NCBI GenBank assembly: GCA_965226385.1
Contig: OZ245359.1
Span: 1,097,116-1,161,115 of the forward strand
Length of the DNA: 64,000 nucleotides
DNA from: Bryobacterales bacterium
GTDB taxonomy: Bacteria; Acidobacteriota; Terriglobia; Bryobacterales; UBA6623
Direction: 5' to 3'
The position numbers and the translations under genes were made by a program. The notes under the pieces were generated by a model. That model saw nothing but the letters and a program-made list of their open reading frames with translations. It was not told the DNA's origin and made no database searches. This document shows, piece after piece, positions 9,634-19,866 of the stretch. How positions within the stretch are numbered: position 1 is the first letter of the stretch; each line of letters begins with the position of its first letter.

Positions 9634-10480
9634 TCGTATCCTCTTCCTCCAGAATGGATAGCCTGCTGCGAGCCCCTTCCGAGCTGCGGGCAGGCAGATC
9701 ATCCATAACGGCAGGGTACGGGTAATACAGCCCCAGCAAATCCTGCATGGACTGGTTGTAGTTCAGTGCTTCCTGACGGTCGACACAACGGCTCCAGTCT
9801 TCAATCGGTTTGATGGATTTCATGGTGTAGGATCCCAGTAGAGCAGCGCGCGCGTCACTGGTCTGATTCGTTTGCCCGGCATGCCACATCAAAGCAGGGA
9901 ATAGTAACAGTGATCCCGGTTGCATCGTGACACGGATGTGACACTTGGAGAACTTCTCCGGATTGGGCCAGCAGGCCAGCTTCTGGCTTTCAGGAACGAT
10001 AGCCGTGGCGCCGTTCTCCAAGGTAAAGGGATCCAGTGCAATGACTGACTCCACAGCCAGGTGATAACTGGCATCCAGCGTACGTGGCCAACGATCACGG
10101 GCGTGCAGATCCCAATATGGATAGTCCACATGCGGTTCCTGTGCCTGGGCATCAGGATAAAGCACATTGGCTGCAAAGGAACTGAGCATCAGGTCTTGCC
10201 CGAGAATAGGCTTGAGAATCGCAAGTATGCGTTCATCGCTGCACATATCACGAAACACATTGCCCTTGGCAGGCAGGTTCCAGACACGTTTCTGTGCAGG
10301 ATTCTCTTCATCCCCGTAAAAGTGAGCTGTACGTTGAGGCTCCTCACTGAGCAACTGGTAAATTCGACTACGGGCTATTGAGGTCATTTCCTCAGGGAAG
10401 AAATTCTCGAAAACCAGAAACCCGGTGCCGTGACACAATTGCTCGACACAAGACTCAACATCCAGGATGTCAACTTGCAT
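9626..10480 (-). CDS. phytanoyl-CoA dioxygenase (PhyH) family Fe(II)/2-oxoglutarate oxygenase
   Basis: 284 aa. It has an H-x-D facial-triad motif (EPHVDYPYWD) and a distal His (LMWHAGQTNQT). The overall layout is PhyH-like. Confidence 0.75.
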   Translation of the reverse strand: MQVDILDVESCVEQLCHGTGFLVFENFFPEEMTSIARSRIYQLLSEEPQRTAHFYGDEENPAQKRVWNLPAKGNVFRDMCSDERILAILKPILGQDLMLSSFAANVLYPDAQAQEPHVDYPYWDLHARDRWPRTLDASYHLAVESVIALDPFTLENGATAIVPESQKLACWPNPEKFSKCHIRVTMQPGSLLLFPALMWHAGQTNQTSDARAALLGSYTMKSIKPIEDWSRCVDRQEALNYNQSMQDLLGLYYPYPAVMDDLPARSSEGARSRLSILEEEDTNV

Positions 10481-10514
10481 CTCGCTAGGATAGCGAGAAG
10501 AGGAATATACAACA

Positions 10515-11561
10515 ATGAGCCTAATTCACATTGCCTTGCTCCCGGGAGACGGCATCGGACCGGAAGTACTGGAAGAATCAGTAAACGTCCTGAAATCACT
10601 GGAAGCTAACTCGGACGATCTTGTATTTGATTTCAGGAACATCTCTGTCGGAGCAGGTGAATTCCTGCGGTCTGGAAACCCGCTACCACCCACTGCTCTC
10701 AAAGCAGTCAAGCAATGTGATGCCATTCTGCTCGGTGCCATGGGGCTGCCGGATGTGCGTTGGCCCAATGGAACCGAGATGGCTCCCCAGATTGACATTC
10801 GAGAGCAACTCGATCTTTACCAGGGAATTCGGCCTATCAAGTTATACATGGAATCCTTAAGTCCGCTCAAGGGCTACCAGCCAGGAAGCATTGATCTCGT
10901 TCTTTACAGGGAAAACACCGAAGGGTTGTTCTGGGATCGCAAGATAGCACGTGATACTGCTGCCGATGAGGTAACCAATACCATGCGTATTTCACGCCAT
11001 GGAACCGAACGTATTGTGCGGGCAGCATTCGAGGAAGCACAACGCAGGAAGAAGCACAGGATATGTCTGGTCGACAAGGCCAATGTCCTGCCTGCCATGG
11101 CATTATTCAGGGAAGTGTTTGATGCAATTGCTGAAGAATACCCCAACATCGAAACCGAACGTGTCTATGTGGATGCAGCAGCGCTTTATCTCGTGCAACA
11201 GCCGGAGCGCTTTGATGTCATCGTCACCGAAAACATGTTCGGGGATATCTTGTCCGACCTGGCAGCCGGGATCATTGGCGGAATGGGTATGGCTCCTTCA
11301 GCAGATATCGGACAGGATTATGCCGTGTTCCAACCAGCACATGGCAGTGCACCGGATATCGCAGGGCAAAATGCAGCTAACCCGCTGGCAATGATCCTCT
11401 CAGCAGCAATGATGCTGGACTGGCTGGACCTATCCGCTTACGGAAACTCTGTGCGGCATGCGGTCGAAAAGACTCTTCAGGATCCTGCGAACAGGACCCG
11501 AGATATTGGAGGTAGTATGAGTTGCACTGAGATGGGCGATGCTGTTATCAGAAATATGTAG
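10515..11561 (+). CDS. isocitrate/isopropylmalate dehydrogenase family protein (3-IPM/tartrate/homoisocitrate DH-like)
   Basis: 348 aa. It has the N-terminal IALLPGDGIGPEV and the ...NMFGDILSDLAAGIIGGMGMAPSA motifs typical of the beta-decarboxylating dehydrogenases. Confidence 0.85.
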   Translation: MSLIHIALLPGDGIGPEVLEESVNVLKSLEANSDDLVFDFRNISVGAGEFLRSGNPLPPTALKAVKQCDAILLGAMGLPDVRWPNGTEMAPQIDIREQLDLYQGIRPIKLYMESLSPLKGYQPGSIDLVLYRENTEGLFWDRKIARDTAADEVTNTMRISRHGTERIVRAAFEEAQRRKKHRICLVDKANVLPAMALFREVFDAIAEEYPNIETERVYVDAAALYLVQQPERFDVIVTENMFGDILSDLAAGIIGGMGMAPSADIGQDYAVFQPAHGSAPDIAGQNAANPLAMILSAAMMLDWLDLSAYGNSVRHAVEKTLQDPANRTRDIGGSMSCTEMGDAVIRNM

Positions 11562-11576
11562 AATGCAGGTCGCAGG

Positions 11577-11960
11577 CTAATCCTGCGCAGTATTGAAGTA
11601 TTCCGGTAAGACAGTAGAGCCATCGATACGAGCGGAGTCTATCTGTTCCTGCGTCAGGTCTTCTGCGGTTCGCAGATCGGTTCCTCGCAGATCAGTATCC
11701 GCAATTTCAACCCCGATCAGTCTTGTGCCAACCAGATTTGCATTATGCAAGTCCGCACCTCGCATATCTGCGCCTGAAAGATTTGCCATGATCAAGCTGG
11801 CGCCACTGAGGTCTGCATCCCTGAGGTTCACCAACTGGAGATCTGCATTGTCGAGGTTGGCAGAACTCAGATCAATTTGAATGTCTGGAAATTCATACCT
11901 CCAGGCATTCCATGCATCGACATCACGTTTCAGTTGCAACAAATGTTCTCGATTTGCCAT
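11577..11960 (-). CDS. pentapeptide-repeat protein
   Basis: ORF trimmed to the ATG at 11960 (MANREHLLQLKRD...). It contains a run of A(D/N)LxX pentapeptides: ANLDNADLQLVNLRDADLSGASLIMANLSGADMRGADLHNANL. Confidence 0.8.
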   Translation of the reverse strand: MANREHLLQLKRDVDAWNAWRYEFPDIQIDLSSANLDNADLQLVNLRDADLSGASLIMANLSGADMRGADLHNANLVGTRLIGVEIADTDLRGTDLRTAEDLTQEQIDSARIDGSTVLPEYFNTAQD

Positions 11961-12097
11961 AAACCGTATCCTATTAACTCGTACAATTCTGGCATTATGA
12001 GACAATTCAGGTCTAACTGGGGAACCATGGCCAGAAATTCTCCTTCGAGACAACAGTCAGGTCTCTCCTGTAATTCGACATAAAACCGAAGGAAGCC

Positions 12098-12568
12098 ATG
12101 AAACTCTTATTACCTGCTATCACACTTGTTGTACTCACAGGATGCGGGAGTTCACAGCCGGAGCCTACTGCCCAAAAAAAGCCTGTTGTCCAGATAGCCA
12201 AGATTTTCGACGAAACCCACAAGTTTCACAAGGAAGGTTTGGTCGGGGCCAAGGTTGTCGAGAATCATCTTGGCGGTAAGGAATTCATGCCAGGCGGTAA
12301 TATCGCGGAGTACAAAAAAGATGGACGCGCTTATCAAGTCTTTTTTACACTGCAGCAGGATTCCCAAAAAGCAATGTTTTTGTTCATGGATTACAAGGAT
12401 CTCCTTCAGGAACAAAAGTTCATCGCCACCTTCGGAGGATATTTCGGGATGGATGGTGATGTACCAACCATGATTTTTCAGAAAGAAAAGTACATCGTGG
12501 TGATTACAGGCCTCGAACTGAAGGATGCTGATCTGGCCGGTCGTTTCATTGCCGGTAATCTCAATTAG
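12098..12568 (+). CDS. hypothetical lipoprotein
   Basis: 156 aa. GAAGGAAG lies upstream of the ATG. The signal peptide has a lipobox (LVVLTGC|GSS). I recognise no family. Confidence 0.6.
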   Translation: MKLLLPAITLVVLTGCGSSQPEPTAQKKPVVQIAKIFDETHKFHKEGLVGAKVVENHLGGKEFMPGGNIAEYKKDGRAYQVFFTLQQDSQKAMFLFMDYKDLLQEQKFIATFGGYFGMDGDVPTMIFQKEKYIVVITGLELKDADLAGRFIAGNLN

Positions 12569-12713
12569 TTTAAATGAGTTGAATCCCCTGCTGCCTGTAT
12601 CTTGTTTGAAGGCTTCTTGGTAAGGGCAGCTTGGTTGATGGACCCGATCTAGACAACTCAATGCTGGTACACGGCTCGACGCTCGGTGACGGCAATGAGC
12701 ACGATTTGCCACC

Positions 12714-12730
12714 CTAGCCGGAACTTCACG
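12714..12730. repeat. left terminal inverted repeat of the IS (CTAGCCGGAACTTCACG)
   Basis: 16 of 17 positions match the reverse complement of 14380-14396. Confidence 0.6.
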
Positions 12731-12799
12731 GCAGGTTCAAGCCGTGTTCATTGCACAACTTGTTGCGTTCATTGGGTTTTGCCTGTCCAAGCGCGACCC

Positions 12800-14205
12800 T
12801 CAACCTGTCACGGTTATGGGAACAGTCTGAGGCGGATCGACTCCGAGCAGGTCGAAGGCCTGGCGCTGGAGGGTGGTGGGCTCGGTGGCGATGGTGATGG
12901 CGGTCTTCGCCTGGGTGGGCAGGGTGAGCCGGTTCAGAGCGATGGTGGAGAGATCCCCCAGCAGGGTCGGGAAGCTGTGCACGGGAAAACCCTCCGGTGT
13001 GGTCTTGGTGTCGGCCTTGTGCTTGGCGCGATCGGAGACTTCCGCCGGTTCGACGGGCGTGTCGCGCCGGGGGCGCGCCGCGACCAGGTCGTCGTCCTGG
13101 AACAGCAGCGGAGCCAGCCGCCGTCGCATGTGCCATTCGACGTAATAGGCGAACATGCACAGGAAGACATGCCCGCGCACGTGGTTCTCGCTGTAGACGT
13201 GGATCGGGCGGACCCGCAGATGATCCTTGCTCGTGCGGAAGGCGCGTTCCACGCCGGAGAGGCTCTTGTAGGCCTCGACAGCGGCCTCGGCGGCTAGATC
13301 GGGCAGGCTGGTGCGAATGGCATAGAGGCCGTCGAGCCGGGCCTCGGGCTCGTGATCTCGGCGACGGCATCCGGAACCAGGCTGTCGGCCGCCAGCGGGG
13401 CTTGGCCCTTCTGGCCCTGCCCCGCCTGCCCGGGTGCCGCCACCAGCTTGCGCAAGTGCTTGGTCGTCAAGGCGGAGATCCAGTCCAGACCGGCCGGTTG
13501 CAGGTCCGCGCGGATGCGGGCCGTGGTGAGCATGCCGCGGTCGCCGACCAGCGCGATGCGGGCGATGCCGAAACACTTCCTGATCTTGTCCACCTGCCGT
13601 CCCACCGTGGTCGGATCGGCCGTGTTCCCGGGGAACACCTCGACCGCCAGGGGCAGCCAGCGGCCGAGCACAGCAGCCCGAACACGATCTGCTGCTTGCC
13701 CTTCTGGCCGTCCCGGTTGTAGCCGAAGGCGGCCAGCGGGCAGAGCCGCCCCTCCAGGTAGCTCGAGCTCACGTCGTACAGGATCAGGGTGGCGTCCTGG
13801 AGGTGCCGGTTGGCGAGGCTGGTCTCGATCCAGCGCTGGCGGGCCAGCAGCCAATCGAGCATGGCAAGCATCTCGTTGCCCGAGACGGGTCCCAGGCCCA
13901 GCAGGGCGCCGAGGCTGGAGTCGGCGGTGCAGGATGCGCTCGAGCCCCAGCTGGCGGCAGGTCCCGAGGACGGCGGCGACATGGCCGTGGGCCCAGGAGC
14001 GCTCGATGCGCAGGAGCTGGGAAGCGTCCTGGACGGCAAGGCCGCCCCGCAGGACGGTGCGGAAGCCGTCGCCGACCTCAGGCGGGAGCCTGGAGAGGTT
14101 GGCCAGGGTCTTCTTGCGAATGCGCTTGCCTTCGCGCCGTGCCTCGCGGAGCAGGATAGCGGGCTTGTTGGCTTGGTTGGGGATGATTTCGACGTGGAAG
14201 GACAC
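12800..14205 (-). pseudogene. IS1634-family DDE transposase, at least 3 frameshifts
   Basis: The protein has to be read across three minus-strand frames:
- MSFHVEIIPNQANKPAILLREARREGKRIRKKTLANLSRLPPEV... (13294..14205 frame)
- ...LILYDVSSSYLEGRLCPLAAFGYNRDGQKGKQQIVFGLLCSAAGCP (13467..14039 frame)
- LAVEVFPGNTADPTTVGRQVDKIRKCFGIARIALVGDRGMLT... (back to the first frame)
- ...LDGLYAIRTSLPDLAAEAAVEAYKSLSGVERAFRTSKDHLRVRPIHVYSENHVRGHVFLCMFAYYVEWHMR (12800..13576 frame). Confidence 0.7.
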
Positions 14206-14379
14206 GGGCGAATGTTATGGAAACATTACAGGCAATGTATCAGATCTAGAAATCAATTGTATCAATAATTTTAGAAAATGTCTCGGTGGGCTTTGTTATG
14301 GGAACATAATGCCAGTTACAGAGGCCTCGGGACGGGAAGAAGCCCTTTGATCTCAACAGGTTATCGCCCAATCGGCCTT

Positions 14380-14396
14380 CGTGAAGTTCCGCCTAG
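14380..14396. repeat. right terminal inverted repeat of the IS (CGTGAAGTTCCGCCTAG)
   Basis: This is the reverse complement of 12714-12730 with one mismatch. Confidence 0.6.
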
Positions 14397-14573
14397 TCCT
14401 TGGCAGGGGTAGCGACTTGACCAAATACCACAAGCCGATGAATCCAGCGAACATTCATCTCGCACGCCTCCATAGGATGAGCATGAAAATCAACTGATTT
14501 GGCACATGCAACAAGGCCACCGAGGAACTTGCTAGCTCACCCCGAGTCCTGCAGTCGACAGAGCAGTGCCAAT

Positions 14574-15383
14574 TCAATCAACTGAGGCCATGACCTCGGC
14601 CACGTGAGGGCAAGCCACTCGAATGCATTCCCCTGGAGCGACTGGATAAAGCGGTAGTGGCGAGCCGGTAAGCAGGATGTCTCCCGCTTTCAAACCGATG
14701 CCAAAGAATGCGAGCAGATCGGCTAGCTCTGGAAGCGTCTCAAACGGATCAAAGCTGGCACTGGCGTTAATTCTGTCGTCTACCGAGACACGGATGTTCA
14801 GAATGTCGCTGGGCCCCACGGGTGGCATAGCCTCCGGGACGACGAGTCCAGCATGGAACGCGTTGTTCGCAATCAACTCTGCTGCCGAAGGCTTCTGCCC
14901 TCGAAAAACGTAGTTGTGAAGTTCGATAACGGGAAAGACTTCGCGGATGTACTGCTTCGGGGCTTTGCGGAACCGCTCAGTGTCCAGGACATCCTCGGCA
15001 AGCGTCACGGCGAATTCGCCCTCAATTCCAAGGTTACAGAATCCATCTATCGGAAGCACGGTCCGGCTAGTACGTATTTCGCTCCGAAAGACATGCCCGA
15101 AGACAGCATGTTCGATACCCAGTTGGCGCCGAATCGTCTGGCTGATGCAGCCGATCTTGAATCCTGCAACCGACTCGCCTCGCTTGACTCGCAGCCGGGC
15201 TGTCTCGATCTGCAACCAGTACGCCTCATCAGTACAGAGACACAGTCCTTCTCCTGCGAATGAGGTTCCCGGAGAGCAATTGGCATAGTCCGCTAACTGG
15301 CGCCTAGCTATATGCTGCAACTCGGCACCTAAGCTTGAGCCATCCCCTCTCATTTGTCCTACTTTCATCAAAGTCTTAGCCAT
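14574..15383 (-). CDS. 2-keto-4-pentenoate hydratase / 2-oxohepta-3-ene-1,7-dioate hydratase family (FAH superfamily)
   Basis: ORF trimmed to the ATG at 15383 (MAKTLMKVG...), which is preceded by AAGAGG. The ...VAGFKIGCISQTIRRQLGIEHAVFGHVF... stretch and overall length fit MhpD/HpcG-like hydratases. Confidence 0.65.
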   Translation of the reverse strand: MAKTLMKVGQMRGDGSSLGAELQHIARRQLADYANCSPGTSFAGEGLCLCTDEAYWLQIETARLRVKRGESVAGFKIGCISQTIRRQLGIEHAVFGHVFRSEIRTSRTVLPIDGFCNLGIEGEFAVTLAEDVLDTERFRKAPKQYIREVFPVIELHNYVFRGQKPSAAELIANNAFHAGLVVPEAMPPVGPSDILNIRVSVDDRINASASFDPFETLPELADLLAFFGIGLKAGDILLTGSPLPLYPVAPGECIRVACPHVAEVMASVD

Positions 15384-15909
15384 ACTGAAACCTCTTGGTG
15401 CGGTCGCCCAGAGCATGAGGATGTAAATATGAGGGCATACACGGCACAAACCATTTCTGATCTCGACGAATAGAGACCCAGCGCATCCCTATGAGAGCAA
15501 GTCAAGACTCATGCTGGCAAATATATGCATAGATGGGATGTGGGGTGGGAACCGCACACATGTTTCATTAACCGAGTTCGCGCTGACTATCAGATAAATG
15601 AAGCTGCACACGTGAACTTGCATCAATCCCTTAGAACAAAATCATCAATATGCGCCACACTCTTGTGCATACTTATTCTGATATCAGCCTCCAAGTCCTC
15701 TGGGAAGCCTTACAGGACGATCTCACGATAGTGCTTAGTGTAGTTGAGCATTGGATATTGCCCACTGAATGACAGTCTACTCAGCAACTCGCAATTGAAC
15801 GAAAATGGTTTCCATTACATTGAAAAACAATGATAAATCTGGATGCCTTTACAGATAGCAGGCAAATCAATAGACCAAGGATCATTGAGTGCATAAAATA
15901 GAGGCAGCC

Positions 15910-18381
15910 ATGGCTTTCAGGATCGCCACAGTGATGTTGCTGCATGTCCTTGTTCTACAAGGACAAGGTGATCCTGTCCAGATGTTCGAACAAAAGATTC
16001 GCCCGGTGCTTACAGCGAAGTGCCAGCTTTGCCATAACGAACAGCTCAAGACCAGCGGTCTCTCACTGGTTTCCCGAGAATCGGTATTACAGGGAGGAAA
16101 ACGTGGTCCGGCAGTTATCCCAAATCAACCTGAACATAGTCTGCTTCTTGCTGCCATTGAGGCGGACGGGGCATTGCAAATGCCACCAACCGGGGCACTT
16201 AGCCCCGAACAGGTGGCATCGTTCCGGACCTGGATTGCGAATGGAGCTGTCTGGGGTGAAAATGCTCGGAAACAAGCCAATGTCATGACCCTTTGGTCAT
16301 TCCAACCGATCCGTAGAATCGAACCACCCAAGGTGCACCAAACCGATTGGGTGCACAACCCCATCGATAATTTCATACTTGCCAGGCTCGAGCAGGAGGG
16401 ACTCATGCCTTCACCCGAAGCGGACCATCGCACACTGATCCGACGTCTCAGCCTCGATTTGACTGGACTACTGCCAACCCCGGGAGACGTCCAATCCTTT
16501 GTGGGTGATGATCAATCCGGTGCATATGAACGGCTTGTTGATCACCTGCTGAACTCACCGCACTATGGTGAGCGCTGGGGACGCCACTGGCTGGACATCG
16601 CCCGTTACGCCGACACTAATGGCTATTCCATTGATGGGCCACGCTCAATCTGGCGTTATCGCGACTGGGTAATTCAGGCTCTCAACGGCGATATGCCTTT
16701 CGACCAGTTTGTGATTGAGCAACTTGCTGGGGACTTGCTGCCTGAACCCACTGAATCGCAATTGGTGGCCACCGGTTTCCATCGCAACACGATGATCAAC
16801 CAGGAAGGGGGCATTGATTTTGAGCAATACCGCGTAGAAGCGGTAGTCGATCGCGTTAGCACAACCAGTGCTGCTTTTATGGGCCTGACACTCGGCTGTG
16901 CACGTTGTCATGACCATAAATTTGACCCGATCTCACAGCGTGAGTTCTACCAGATGTATGCTTTCTTCAACAACATCGATGAGTTGGATGGCAATCGCTC
17001 CGAAACCGAGAGTCGCAAGAACATGATGCATCCTCTCCTCGAAATCGGTTCTCCGGCTGACTTCGCAAAAAGAAATGCAACAAAACAACGTATTGAAGAA
17101 CTGGAAAGTGGACTGACTGAGTACCAGATCGCGCTGGAATCAGACTGGGACACCCACTATCCACTTGGAGATGATTCCGCAGTTGAGAGGGCACGGGAAA
17201 TTGTCGAGATCCCAAGAAATAAACGGTCAAGCATTCAGAAAGAAGTCCTGAAGCGATTCCTTGCTGGCCGGGATGAGAAATTCAAGACCACTCAGGAATC
17301 CATCCTGGCACTGAGCAAGGAGATACCGAAAATCGACTGGACCATGATCATGCGTGAGTTGCCTGAACCTCGTGAGACCTACATTCACGTACAAGGTGAC
17401 TTTACACGCAAAGGCGAGCCAGTTTCACCGAACACCTTGGAAGGACTACCTGCACTGCCCCCGTATGCACCGCGTAATCGCCTTGGTTTAGCGCAATGGT
17501 TGGTCAGTGGAAAGAACCCCCTCCCGCAGCGTGTGACCATGAACCGCATCTGGCAGCGTTACTTCGGCCTAGGCATTGTCGAGACAGAGAGCGACTTCGG
17601 CTCACAGGGATCTGCCCCTTCGCATCCAGAGCTACTGGACTGGCTGGCTTCGGAATTTGTAGAGCGGGGCTGGAGCCTCAAACAGATGCATCGTCTGATT
17701 GTGCTCTCAGCTACATACCGCCAATCATCCACTTATCGGCCCGACGCAACTGAAACCGACTCTTCCAATCGGTTGCTGGCCCGACAGAACCGCCTTCGGC
17801 TTGAAGCTGAAATCATTCGAGATGCAGCATTGTCAGCATCCGGTCTGCTAGCAGATACTGTTGGTGGTCCCAGCGTATACCCACCTCAGCCTGAGGGGGC
17901 CGGCCAATTCACACAAGTCGACCGACAATGGAAGGCAGATGAAGGTCCGGATCGTTTCCGTCGAGGGATGTACACGTTTTTCATCCGTTCGGCTGCACAC
18001 CCAGGGCTGGCCTTGTTTGACAGCCCGAATGCCCAGGAAACCGTTACAAGGCGCAACCGCTCAAATACACCACTGCAAGCTCTTACCCTTCTGAACGATG
18101 ACTCACAAACAGAGTTTGCGGATGGTCTTGCCCAACGCATCATTGCGAGCTCTAGCAGTATGGATTCCCGCATCAATAATGCTTTTGAAATCTGCCTGTC
18201 CAGGCCACCTCAAAAAGCAGAACAGGAAAGAATGCAACAGTTCGTCGGACAAATGAAACAAGACTTTGAAGTCGACACTCAGGCTGCACAGTCCTTCAGT
18301 TCTGCCTCTGCTGAAACAGCTGCATGGACTGCCATGGCACGAGTCATGCTGAATCTGGATGAGTTCGTGACACGACAATAG
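15910..18381 (+). CDS. PSCyt1/DUF1549 (PSCyt2)/DUF1553 (PSD1) domain protein (planctomycete-type cytochrome c-like)
   Basis: ORF trimmed to the ATG at 15910 ([18 protein letters not shown] signal).
- CxxCH heme motif: CQLCHNEQ
- DUF1549-like: [42 protein letters not shown]...[23 protein letters not shown]
- DUF1553-like: [26 protein letters not shown]. Confidence 0.85.
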   Translation: MAFRIATVMLLHVLVLQGQGDPVQMFEQKIRPVLTAKCQLCHNEQLKTSGLSLVSRESVLQGGKRGPAVIPNQPEHSLLLAAIEADGALQMPPTGALSPEQVASFRTWIANGAVWGENARKQANVMTLWSFQPIRRIEPPKVHQTDWVHNPIDNFILARLEQEGLMPSPEADHRTLIRRLSLDLTGLLPTPGDVQSFVGDDQSGAYERLVDHLLNSPHYGERWGRHWLDIARYADTNGYSIDGPRSIWRYRDWVIQALNGDMPFDQFVIEQLAGDLLPEPTESQLVATGFHRNTMINQEGGIDFEQYRVEAVVDRVSTTSAAFMGLTLGCARCHDHKFDPISQREFYQMYAFFNNIDELDGNRSETESRKNMMHPLLEIGSPADFAKRNATKQRIEELESGLTEYQIALESDWDTHYPLGDDSAVERAREIVEIPRNKRSSIQKEVLKRFLAGRDEKFKTTQESILALSKEIPKIDWTMIMRELPEPRETYIHVQGDFTRKGEPVSPNTLEGLPALPPYAPRNRLGLAQWLVSGKNPLPQRVTMNRIWQRYFGLGIVETESDFGSQGSAPSHPELLDWLASEFVERGWSLKQMHRLIVLSATYRQSSTYRPDATETDSSNRLLARQNRLRLEAEIIRDAALSASGLLADTVGGPSVYPPQPEGAGQFTQVDRQWKADEGPDRFRRGMYTFFIRSAAHPGLALFDSPNAQETVTRRNRSNTPLQALTLLNDDSQTEFADGLAQRIIASSSSMDSRINNAFEICLSRPPQKAEQERMQQFVGQMKQDFEVDTQAAQSFSSASAETAAWTAMARVMLNLDEFVTRQ

Positions 18382-18394
18382 CTAGGAGACATTG

Positions 18395-19831
18395 ATGGAC
18401 CTGGACCGGACACTGCTCACCCACCGTACCCGAAGACAATTATTCGAGGATTGCGGGATTGGTGTTGGCAAATTGGCACTGACGTCACTTCTTGTCGGCG
18501 ATTCACTTTATTCAAAACCGGAAGATAAAAACAGCGGCATGCATCATGCACCGCGAGCCAAGAACATCATCTACCTGTTCATGGCTGGAGCTCCCAGTCA
18601 GTTTGAATTATTTGAACCGAAAAAGGAACTGCAAAAACTCAGTGGCCAAGCACTGCCACCCTCCCTGCTGGAAGGCAAGCGTTTTGCCTTCATGGAGTCT
18701 TTCACCAAAGCTCCGCCAAAGATTCTAGGGACACGCCGCAAGTTTGCCCAACATGGCGAGTCCGGCCGCTGGGTTTCAGAATGTCTACCCCATATGGCTC
18801 AAGTCGTGGATGACCTGGCTTTTGTACGGACAGTTCGTACGGACAACTTCAATCATGCGCCAGCCAAGGTACTGATGAACACAGGGACCCCGATCTTCGG
18901 ACGCCCCAGTATGGGATCCTGGGTCAGCTACGGCATCGGCAGTGAATCAAAAGACCTTCCGAATTTCGTTGTGTTACAGTCTGGCCCTCGGGGACCACGT
19001 GGCGGTGCCGTGAACTGGACCAGCGGTTTCCTGCCGACAGCTCACCAAGGGATACCCTTCCTGAGTGGTGGGGCTCCCATCCTGAACATGACAAGCCCTG
19101 AAGGCTTTGATGATAGTCGGCAGTCGGCGACTATTGCGGCAATCCAGGACCTCAATCGAATGAACCTTGAAAAGGCTGGAGATCCCGAGATCACAACTCG
19201 CATTGCTGCCTATGAAATGGCTCACCGCATGCAGACCAGTGGCCCGGAATTAATTGATTTTTCCAGTGAGAATCAGGCAACACTTGATCTGTACGGAGCC
19301 AAACCAGGCGAAAAGTCATTTGCCAACAACTGTCTGCTGGCACGCAGGCTGGTTGAACGTGGTGTACGATTCGTGCAGCTATATCATTCGAGTTGGGACC
19401 ACCATGGAGGCCCGGGCGAGAGCTTGGAAAAGGATCTTGACGAAGTCTGCCTGTCAGCTGATCAAGCCTGCAAAGCATTGATTATGGATCTCAAACAACG
19501 CGGCATGCTGGAGGACACCCTGGTCGTTTGGGGTGGAGAATTCGGCAGAACACCGATGGGTGAAGTTCGCGATACCGTAGGCCGGAACCATCACATTGAT
19601 GCTTTCACTATGTGGTTTGCTGGAGCAGGGACGAAAGCTGGTTACGATTTGGGGGAAACCGATGAGATAGGGTTCTCACCTGTCAAGGATTCTGTACATG
19701 TACACGACATCCAGGCAACCATCCTGCACCTGCTGGGTATCGACCATACGCAGCTGACATTCCGTTTCAGGGGTCGTGATTTCAGGCTCACTGATGTTGG
19801 TGGCAACGTAATTGAAAAATTGCTTGTTTAG
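18395..19831 (+). CDS. DUF1501 domain protein (sulfatase-fold, Tat signal)
   Basis: ATG at 18395, 14 nt after the upstream stop. The N-terminus carries a twin-arginine-like signal (HRTRRQLFEDCGIGVGKLAL). It is the usual downstream partner of DUF1549/DUF1553 proteins. Confidence 0.8.
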   Translation: MDLDRTLLTHRTRRQLFEDCGIGVGKLALTSLLVGDSLYSKPEDKNSGMHHAPRAKNIIYLFMAGAPSQFELFEPKKELQKLSGQALPPSLLEGKRFAFMESFTKAPPKILGTRRKFAQHGESGRWVSECLPHMAQVVDDLAFVRTVRTDNFNHAPAKVLMNTGTPIFGRPSMGSWVSYGIGSESKDLPNFVVLQSGPRGPRGGAVNWTSGFLPTAHQGIPFLSGGAPILNMTSPEGFDDSRQSATIAAIQDLNRMNLEKAGDPEITTRIAAYEMAHRMQTSGPELIDFSSENQATLDLYGAKPGEKSFANNCLLARRLVERGVRFVQLYHSSWDHHGGPGESLEKDLDEVCLSADQACKALIMDLKQRGMLEDTLVVWGGEFGRTPMGEVRDTVGRNHHIDAFTMWFAGAGTKAGYDLGETDEIGFSPVKDSVHVHDIQATILHLLGIDHTQLTFRFRGRDFRLTDVGGNVIEKLLV

Positions 19832-19866
19832 CCGCTCGTCTCACTTGCGCCCACGCGTCTGAATAT

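Larger units (their letters stand above)
12714..14396. mobile_element. IS1634-family (IS4-superfamily) insertion sequence, about 1.68 kb, transposase decayed
   Basis: Bounded by imperfect 17-bp terminal inverted repeats. The interior G+C is far above the flanks: two sampled 60-nt lines counted about 77-78% G+C. It contains recognisable IS1634-type transposase segments on the minus strand. Confidence 0.65.

Noticed and set aside
12152-12712. A 186-aa minus-strand ORF antisense to the lipoprotein gene and starting at the IS boundary
   Set aside because: It lies entirely antisense to a gene with an SD, signal peptide and lipobox, and its sequence is implausible. I also tested whether it is the 3' part of a gene split by the IS, joining 14398-14470 to 12713 and downward. 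The join gives no sensible protein.
12686-14350. Numerous long ORFs on both strands inside the IS (e.g. 12997..13722 +, 13352..14350 +, 12726..13370 -)
   Set aside because: These are Arg/Pro/Gly/Ala-rich translations typical of stop-poor off-frames in G+C-rich DNA of about 70-78% G+C. Only the minus-strand frames listed for the transposase show family-like sequence.
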